Source: Candidatus Thalassarchaeum betae (GTDB lineage: Archaea > Thermoplasmatota > Poseidoniia > Poseidoniales > Thalassarchaeaceae). Taken from it: a DNA stretch of 64,000 bases. This document shows positions 57,767 through 64,000 of the stretch, piece after piece (position 1 is the first letter of the stretch; each line of letters begins with the position of its first letter). The notes below the pieces were generated by a model. That model was not told where the DNA came from. It did no database searches and saw only the letters and a program-made list of their open reading frames with translations. The stretch spans positions 41,258-105,257 of the forward strand of contig PSPG01000002.1 in the NCBI GenBank assembly GCA_003193925.1, in the 5' to 3' direction. The translations under genes were made by a program, and so were the position numbers.

Positions 57767-60700
57767 TCAGGCATCGGCGTCGATGAGGTAAGAATCCCGC
57801 TCTGGGATGTCCTGCAACTCGTCTATCTCCTGAAGCACTGTGGACAACGCCATCTGTGCGTTCTGTCGGTGAGGCTCGCCCAGCACGTGACTGGAGTACC
57901 TCGCTTCCTCGAAAATCCTGTCCAGGGCAACGAGGGCCTGCTCACTGATCGGCAGGGCGTTGCGAATCGCCATCTCGAACTCTCGCACCGTCTCGAAGTC
58001 CCTGCGCAGGAATCCTCTGCGCATGAGTATCTGGCACAGGCTCTCGTAGCAGTTGAAGATGGCCTCGCGGACCTCATCGCCTGCTGCCAGCAGCTCGGCG
58101 GTGTAGCTGAACACGCTGGCGAGTTCGTCGATGGCCGCCTGTCTGCGCCGACGGACCAGCACGAAGGCCCCGGCCACCACACCGAGGACGATCAGGACGA
58201 CGAGTGCGTACAGAGCCGGCTGGAATGACGGCGAGGCCTGCTGCTCGTACTCGATGTCAAGCCCACCGTGGTAATTGGCGAGCCACGTCTTGTTGATCGG
58301 GTCGACGAAGTCCGAGTCGGTGCTGAAACACACACGCATCTCGCCCCAGAAGCTCTGATTGTAGAATGGGGCTAGGCCAGCGACCGCCTCGAAGTGGTAG
58401 GTGAACAATCCATCCTGGTCGGTCAGCCCGACCACGCTGAAGTGAGTGGAGGAGTGCTTGTTGTCGCAGGTGCCGTTCACCAGATAAGCCGACAGTGAGA
58501 AGTCGGGCACGGACTGCCCGGTGTCCAGCGCGGAGACGTTGACGGAGCCTTGCAGCAGCCTCTTCCCCTCGGCCAAGTAGAGCGAGTCCGGCTCGAAGTC
58601 GAATACGACGGAGATCAGAATCATGACTTCGACTTCGATGATGTCCCCATTCAGGTATCTCGAGCCGTCGGGCTCGACCCTTATCGTTAGGGTCAGTGGG
58701 CCCGGTGGCATGACTTGAATCGCATTGGTGATGAGTCCGAAGTGCTCGGTCCCGTCATCCTGCCACGGATTGCCTCTCAGAGGCAGGAGGCTGTCCTCCC
58801 AATGCAGTGATATCGTCATGTTGTGCATGACGTTGCCTTCGCCGCCTATCTCCAGTATGCGTCCATTCAACTTGATCGGGGAGTCCGGATCGCCGCGGAT
58901 AATCACCAGGTTGTTCGAGAACACCTCGATGACGATGTCCGCCCTCGTGTACACGGTCATGTTGTACTGCACTGGCAGGTAGTATGTCTCGCCGGCGAAC
59001 GAGAAAGCGATGTTGTGGGGTCCGCGGGCGATTGCGTAGCCGGCGTCGTGAGTGTAACTGAATGTGCCGTCGATCGAGGTGGTCAGCATACCTACGACCT
59101 CTCCGTCGAGCCTGAGGGTCAGCTCTCTGTCCTCCAGACCGGGACGTCCCGAGGAGTCGTCGTCGAAGAGGCGCCCGGTGAAGTTCCAGGTCCCTCCGCG
59201 GGTTATGACGGTGGAATCCACCTGCAGGGTCATACCGGTGTGGTAGGCGACCGTCAGCACGGTCTCTGCCGAGCTAAGGCGGTGATAGCCCTGCTCAGGG
59301 GCCCTGACGGTCAGAGTGTGGTTGCCCACTTCGAGGAAGTCCGAGACTATCCAGACGTAGTTCCACTCCCCGTTCTCGTCGGTGCTGGTTATGCCCACCA
59401 GCACGCCATCGACGAAGATCTGCAGCGAGTGGTTGGCCAGCCACCCCCCCGGCAGGTTGTCCTTGACAGTCCCTCGTAGAGCTAGGGAGTCCCCGACGGC
59501 GACCGAGGACGGCTTGACCACGGAGACCTCCACCGGCCCGTAGACGGTGAAGATGGTCGAGGAGTTGGAGCCTAGGACGAACTCCTCGCCCTGGTAGGAT
59601 ATCAGCACCACGCGCGGGCCCAGCTCCATGTTCGGCGGCACCGGGATGTACAGGCTGAAGGTCCCGTTCTCATCCACTGACAGCCCAGTCAGGAACTGCC
59701 CGTTCATCGAGACCTCGAGGTTCCTGTTAGGCAGCACCCTGCCTGAGCCGTCGGTCAGCATGCCCTCGATCAACAGCAACTCGTTGCGGTCGATCTCGCC
59801 CGGAGGAGTCGTCAGCACGATCTGCGAGGTCTGGAGCGCATTGAACTCCGTAGTATGGGATGATGGCAGGTAGTATTCCGGATTCAGGGAATCGCCCTGT
59901 CCCATCGGGTCGACCCAGGTGAAGCCGCCGAGGAAGCTCACGGTGACCGTGTGCATCCCGTAGTCCGTGTCTAGAGGCAGGTCGTAGGTGATTGCCCACT
60001 CGCCGGTGCTCGCGTTGGACTGCGTCGAGTAGACCGGGCCGACGCTGACGCCGTCGATGGCTAGGTGGATTACGCCGCCGGCGGGGTTGCCGCCGTGAAT
60101 CAGGAACTGGCCGTGCTCGTCGAGCAGCGTGCCGCTGAACGTGACCGTCTCGCCTGCTATCACGGAGCCAGTGATAGTGCTGATGTCGAGCTCTGTCGGC
60201 GCCAGTATGATGACGCGTGTCCATGTCTCGTCTCCCAGCAGGCCGGTAGTGCCGTTGATTCCGGCAAACTGGGCCGTGATAGTCATCGGACCGGGTGCTC
60301 GCATGTAGTCCACGGGCAGAACGGCGTTCATCGAGCCGTTGACGTCCGTGGTTCCGCGCCACTCGAAGGTGCCGTCTACCAACAGGTCCACTGGCTCGGC
60401 GACGACTGGCTGCCCGGCGTTGTCGACGAGGGAGATGTTGACGCTGACGACGTCGCCGCGGATGGTTCTGCTGTCGGGGTCGAGGTCCAGCGGGTCGACA
60501 ATGGTGAGTAACGAGTAACCGCGGCTGTCGAAGGTTCCGTTGCCGGTGCTCGAGCCGTAGTAGTTGACATTGGGGGTGTAGGTGGCCATCAGGTCGTGCG
60601 TCCCCCTCAGGAAGGTGAGGTCGAGGCGGATGTCGGCGTTCCAAGAGCCGTTCGGCGACACCGCCCCACCTGTCACGGTGAATGTGTTGCTCTGGCCGTC

Positions 60701-63700
60701 GATGCTGAACGTCAGCGCCGGTGACAGGGTGTTGCCGTCCCTGTCCGTGATGCCGCTGCCGTTGCTGGACGTCAGCGTGCCGCTGACTGTGAAGGACTCG
60801 CCTGCAGCGGGGTTGTCGGTGATCGGGTCGAGTGCGAGGTTCGTCGGCGACCTGACCGTGATCGTGGTGATGATGGTCGCCGTCGAGTGCAGGGTGCTAG
60901 AGCCGTTGAACATGAGTGTGATGGCAATCAGCCCCAGAGGATGGGAATGCAGCACTTCAAAGGAGAAGTTGGTAACTCCGACGCCGTTGGTCTGCACCGG
61001 GGTGAGCCAGGTGTCGTGGAACTTCGCGGCGACGGTCGCGTCTCCAATCTGCCTGTCGTTGTCGCTCGACTCGACCAGTCGGGCACCGAAGCTGATGAAA
61101 GAGCCTCTGTCGACGACCGTGTTGATGATTGGGGTCTTGTCGACGAACTGGGTCACGCCGCGGACGAGGATCGAAGCGTTCCCGGTGCCGGTCAGGTAGA
61201 ACGGCGTGCTCCCGTTGATGACGCTGACTACGACGGTCTTGGCCCCGCTGGTGACCCCGTCACCCAGGGGATCGGTCGGGACAGAGATGGTGAACGAGCC
61301 ATTGCTCGTCGTCGTCTGGCTCTCTACCAGCGTCTCACTGGAGTCGTTCAGGAAGAAGACCTCGACAGCCATCGGCCCATTGACGGTCCTGTTGCTGTCC
61401 ACGGCATCGATGACCCGCCCGCTCATTGTGAATGCCTGCCCGGCTGTCACCTCGAGCGGGATGCTGTCGATCTCAATGAAGCTCGAGACCTGTACTGTCA
61501 GGTCCGCGAAACTGTCGTTGCCGATCCACCGTCCGGCGTCACTGGCTGACAGGTTGTCCGTGATGTCATCGGGTGCGTGTACGCGGAGCGTGTAGTACCC
61601 GGGCGGGGTCGATGCGGGAATCGTCGGGCTGAATATAGCGACACCGTCGGTACCTGAGGTACTGTTCTCGAAGATCTGCTGGAGCGGCCCCCCCCAGTCG
61701 AAGTACAGGTCAGCGAAGACGTCTTTCAGAGGGGCGCCGTCCTCGACATCGGTGATCGTCGCATTGAGGATCATGGTAGAGCCGGCAACGACTATCAGAG
61801 AACTGGGCGCGGCCTCGACCACAAACTCGGTCTGGATGCCGGCACTGACGTAGTCGGCTTCTTGCTCTTTGAAGTAGTAGCCCCCGGGAGGGGGAGAGGT
61901 GGAGAAGCCCAGCGTCACTTTGAGATCGTAGACCCCCGAGCCCACTCCGCTAGGCATTACGAAACTCAGGTTGTACCCCCCGGTAGCCGGGTCTATCCAG
62001 CCCGATGCGAGGCGATAGATTACAGGTGACGCCGGCGAGCCATCGGGGGCGGGGGGAAGGTCGGAGGGAACCTCGAGTTGGACCAGCACTGAGGAGTTAT
62101 TCCCCAGAATCGGTATATCGTGGAAGATGTCATTCGCGAATCCCGCGACCCAATTGGTGTTTCCCCTCGGAGTCCATTCGAGACCGAGCTCGACAGTGGC
62201 GTTGGCCCTGCCTAGAATCCTGATCTCATCTACTGCCGTGGCGGGATGCAACCACGTCGAGCCGGAGAAGTTCAGCACCCAGCTGTAGTCACCTGCGAAC
62301 AGCTCCCACGGCGGTGTCCAGGAGACTGCCAGCCTCGGGAGGTCGGGATCTGTGACGTTCCAAGACTCGTTACCATTGAACACGAGTACGTATGTCCCTG
62401 AGAAGCCGGCCAAGGAAGTGTTCGTGTGATCAGTCAGAACCACCTCGACGCTAGCCTCGTTGCCTCTGAGGGTTGGGCCTAGGGTGTAACTGAAGTTGAT
62501 GAAGCTCCTGATGCCGTATTGGTCGATGAAGGTGATCTGATCGTTGGCGAACAGGCCCTCCGAGTCGAACTCGACCTTCACCTGCACCTCACCGGACGGG
62601 ATGGGGACCTCAGAGCCGGTGAACTGCCAACTGACAGCGAATTGCCCGGGTGTCGAGGTCCAGTTGCTGTCGTTGAGGTACCACGTCTTGAGGGTCGTGT
62701 AGGGGCCGTTCGTGGTTGAGCGCCGCATCTTTAGAATCAGAGTTCCGTTCAGAGACTCGGGGCTCGGACCGCGGCTCAGAACAGTCCCGTTGAGGTATAT
62801 CGGCGAGTCGATGTCCAAGATGGAATTGTTGGCGTCCGCGCCCTCCAGAGTGACCGTGAGATTGGGCGCGGGCGTGATGTTGAACATGAAGTCGACAGTG
62901 GCTGGCCTGATGTGGTAGGAGGGCGTGCTGGCATTGTTCAGGTCCTCCTCGTGCCAGCCGAAGAAGTTCAGTGAGGCGTTGATCAGTCCGAGTGGCTCGC
63001 TCTCGTTAATCGACAACGAGAACTCGTAGTATCCACCCGCTCCGATTTCAGCAATCAGGCTCACCGGACCGTCGCTGGCGGTGGTGTAGTTCAGCACGGC
63101 CTGCATATTGTCGATCCTCGATGGGTCGGTGTACGGGGTGCTGGCCCAGGACATGTCGCCCGATACCAGCGTATCCACCCCGGCTCCCAAGGGGGGCTCG
63201 TCGGGGGGAGGAGGTTCCCTCAGAGAGAGATTAACGTCATCCGAGATGTTCAGCCTCCACTCGAAGGAGACTCCCTGTGAGCCGACGTACGCCTTCTCGA
63301 GAACATGCAGGACGAGAGAGCCGAAACCCGGATCTATGACGATTTCCGGAGTTCCATTGAGTTGGAAGCTGCCGTTCTGATCGGTCGTTCCGTTGGCGAC
63401 CAAGTGCTGGCTGACAGCCGCGCTCCCAGGGACGTTAGCTGTTTCATTGGACTTGACCAGATACAGGTTCATCGAGATGTTTTCCGCGGGTGTGGCATTG
63501 TCCACGAACTGTAGGGTCCCATTGAGCCAGATGGTTCCGGTTGAGAGATCCCTCTCGACCCACGTCGGCCCCCACTCCTCGTTCACCACCTCAACCGCAG
63601 CCGCCTCCGGGCAGGCCTCGAACGGAATCCATCCCATGTCCAGACCGCCTTGGTTCTGATTGGTCTCGAGGTGGACCTCGACCCATCTGGTGAAGTCCTT

Positions 63701-64000
63701 GCCGTAGACCTCGAAGGACTCCCCCGTCCAGGTTCCGCCGGCGAACCCGGTGACCTTCCTAGTGGGCAGCCCAGCGAGCCTGAGCATGACTGAGAACACC
63801 GTGGTGAACTCGTCGCAGCTGCCCTCCAGCGTAGTGTTTAGAATCCAGTGGGCTATGTCACTGTCTTCGTCCAGGCCGTCCATCCTGCCCGAGCCATCGT
63901 GATTCAGGGTGAACTTGGTGCTGCTGTTGCCGTTGATCAGGTAATCCTGTAACGCCAATACCTTGTCCCAAGCGGAGAACGCACCTGACTCGTTGATCAC
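57767..64000 (-). CDS. Giant transglutaminase-like surface protein with Ig-like repeats, TM and C-terminal DUF4129-like domain; 5' end outside window
   Basis: GSCDEF...MLRLAGLPTRKVTGF...WVEV...GWIPFE; repeated G.L.D..G...TD.NG.F Ig modules; TM then RRRR; ETVREF...LDRIFEEARYSSH. Confidence 0.88.
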   Translation of the reverse strand: MINESGAFSAWDKVLALQDYLINGNSSTKFTLNHDGSGRMDGLDEDSDIAHWILNTTLEGSCDEFTTVFSVMLRLAGLPTRKVTGFAGGTWTGESFEVYGKDFTRWVEVHLETNQNQGGLDMGWIPFEACPEAAAVEVVNEEWGPTWVERDLSTGTIWLNGTLQFVDNATPAENISMNLYLVKSNETANVPGSAAVSQHLVANGTTDQNGSFQLNGTPEIVIDPGFGSLVLHVLEKAYVGSQGVSFEWRLNISDDVNLSLREPPPPDEPPLGAGVDTLVSGDMSWASTPYTDPSRIDNMQAVLNYTTASDGPVSLIAEIGAGGYYEFSLSINESEPLGLINASLNFFGWHEEDLNNASTPSYHIRPATVDFMFNITPAPNLTVTLEGADANNSILDIDSPIYLNGTVLSRGPSPESLNGTLILKMRRSTTNGPYTTLKTWYLNDSNWTSTPGQFAVSWQFTGSEVPIPSGEVQVKVEFDSEGLFANDQITFIDQYGIRSFINFSYTLGPTLRGNEASVEVVLTDHTNTSLAGFSGTYVLVFNGNESWNVTDPDLPRLAVSWTPPWELFAGDYSWVLNFSGSTWLHPATAVDEIRILGRANATVELGLEWTPRGNTNWVAGFANDIFHDIPILGNNSSVLVQLEVPSDLPPAPDGSPASPVIYRLASGWIDPATGGYNLSFVMPSGVGSGVYDLKVTLGFSTSPPPGGYYFKEQEADYVSAGIQTEFVVEAAPSSLIVVAGSTMILNATITDVEDGAPLKDVFADLYFDWGGPLQQIFENSTSGTDGVAIFSPTIPASTPPGYYTLRVHAPDDITDNLSASDAGRWIGNDSFADLTVQVSSFIEIDSIPLEVTAGQAFTMSGRVIDAVDSNRTVNGPMAVEVFFLNDSSETLVESQTTTSNGSFTISVPTDPLGDGVTSGAKTVVVSVINGSTPFYLTGTGNASILVRGVTQFVDKTPIINTVVDRGSFISFGARLVESSDNDRQIGDATVAAKFHDTWLTPVQTNGVGVTNFSFEVLHSHPLGLIAITLMFNGSSTLHSTATIITTITVRSPTNLALDPITDNPAAGESFTVSGTLTSSNGSGITDRDGNTLSPALTFSIDGQSNTFTVTGGAVSPNGSWNADIRLDLTFLRGTHDLMATYTPNVNYYGSSTGNGTFDSRGYSLLTIVDPLDLDPDSRTIRGDVVSVNISLVDNAGQPVVAEPVDLLVDGTFEWRGTTDVNGSMNAVLPVDYMRAPGPMTITAQFAGINGTTGLLGDETWTRVIILAPTELDISTITGSVIAGETVTFSGTLLDEHGQFLIHGGNPAGGVIHLAIDGVSVGPVYSTQSNASTGEWAITYDLPLDTDYGMHTVTVSFLGGFTWVDPMGQGDSLNPEYYLPSSHTTEFNALQTSQIVLTTPPGEIDRNELLLIEGMLTDGSGRVLPNRNLEVSMNGQFLTGLSVDENGTFSLYIPVPPNMELGPRVVLISYQGEEFVLGSNSSTIFTVYGPVEVSVVKPSSVAVGDSLALRGTVKDNLPGGWLANHSLQIFVDGVLVGITSTDENGEWNYVWIVSDFLEVGNHTLTVRAPEQGYHRLSSAETVLTVAYHTGMTLQVDSTVITRGGTWNFTGRLFDDDSSGRPGLEDRELTLRLDGEVVGMLTTSIDGTFSYTHDAGYAIARGPHNIAFSFAGETYYLPVQYNMTVYTRADIVIEVFSNNLVIIRGDPDSPIKLNGRILEIGGEGNVMHNMTISLHWEDSLLPLRGNPWQDDGTEHFGLITNAIQVMPPGPLTLTIRVEPDGSRYLNGDIIEVEVMILISVVFDFEPDSLYLAEGKRLLQGSVNVSALDTGQSVPDFSLSAYLVNGTCDNKHSSTHFSVVGLTDQDGLFTYHFEAVAGLAPFYNQSFWGEMRVCFSTDSDFVDPINKTWLANYHGGLDIEYEQQASPSFQPALYALVVLIVLGVVAGAFVLVRRRRQAAIDELASVFSYTAELLAAGDEVREAIFNCYESLCQILMRRGFLRRDFETVREFEMAIRNALPISEQALVALDRIFEEARYSSHVLGEPHRQNAQMALSTVLQEIDELQDIPERDSYLIDADA

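Overview
A GC-rich, gene-dense archaeal chromosome segment. Gene content points to Marine Group II Thermoplasmatota (Poseidoniales): DGGGP synthase, archaeal AlaRS, RtcB and archease, DTD2, rpoE1-spt4-rps24e-rps27ae, a DUF3860-like protein, and giant acidic surface proteins. This taxonomy is inference. The window holds about 45 CDSs, with partial genes at both ends, and three intronless CCA-encoding tRNAs (Glu-CTC, Thr-GGT, Ser-GGA). No transposase, integrase, rRNA or CRISPR array was seen. Five observations stand out. (1) A cytoplasmic poly-proline protein has a segment resembling the adaptin/delta-COP mu-homology domain and lies between a DUF106/EMC3 gene and a GPN-loop GTPase. (2) A receiver + ATP-grasp (PPDK_N) + putative phospho-His protein near gdhA could be a dikinase-driven phosphorelay. 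(3) A polar amino-acid ABC transporter has an apparently circularly permuted binding protein and a permease fused to a beta-propeller. (4) One protein has tandem V4R-like domains. (5) Two intergenic regions are candidate structured RNAs. All calls come from manual motif recognition, no searches were run, and start codons are best estimates.
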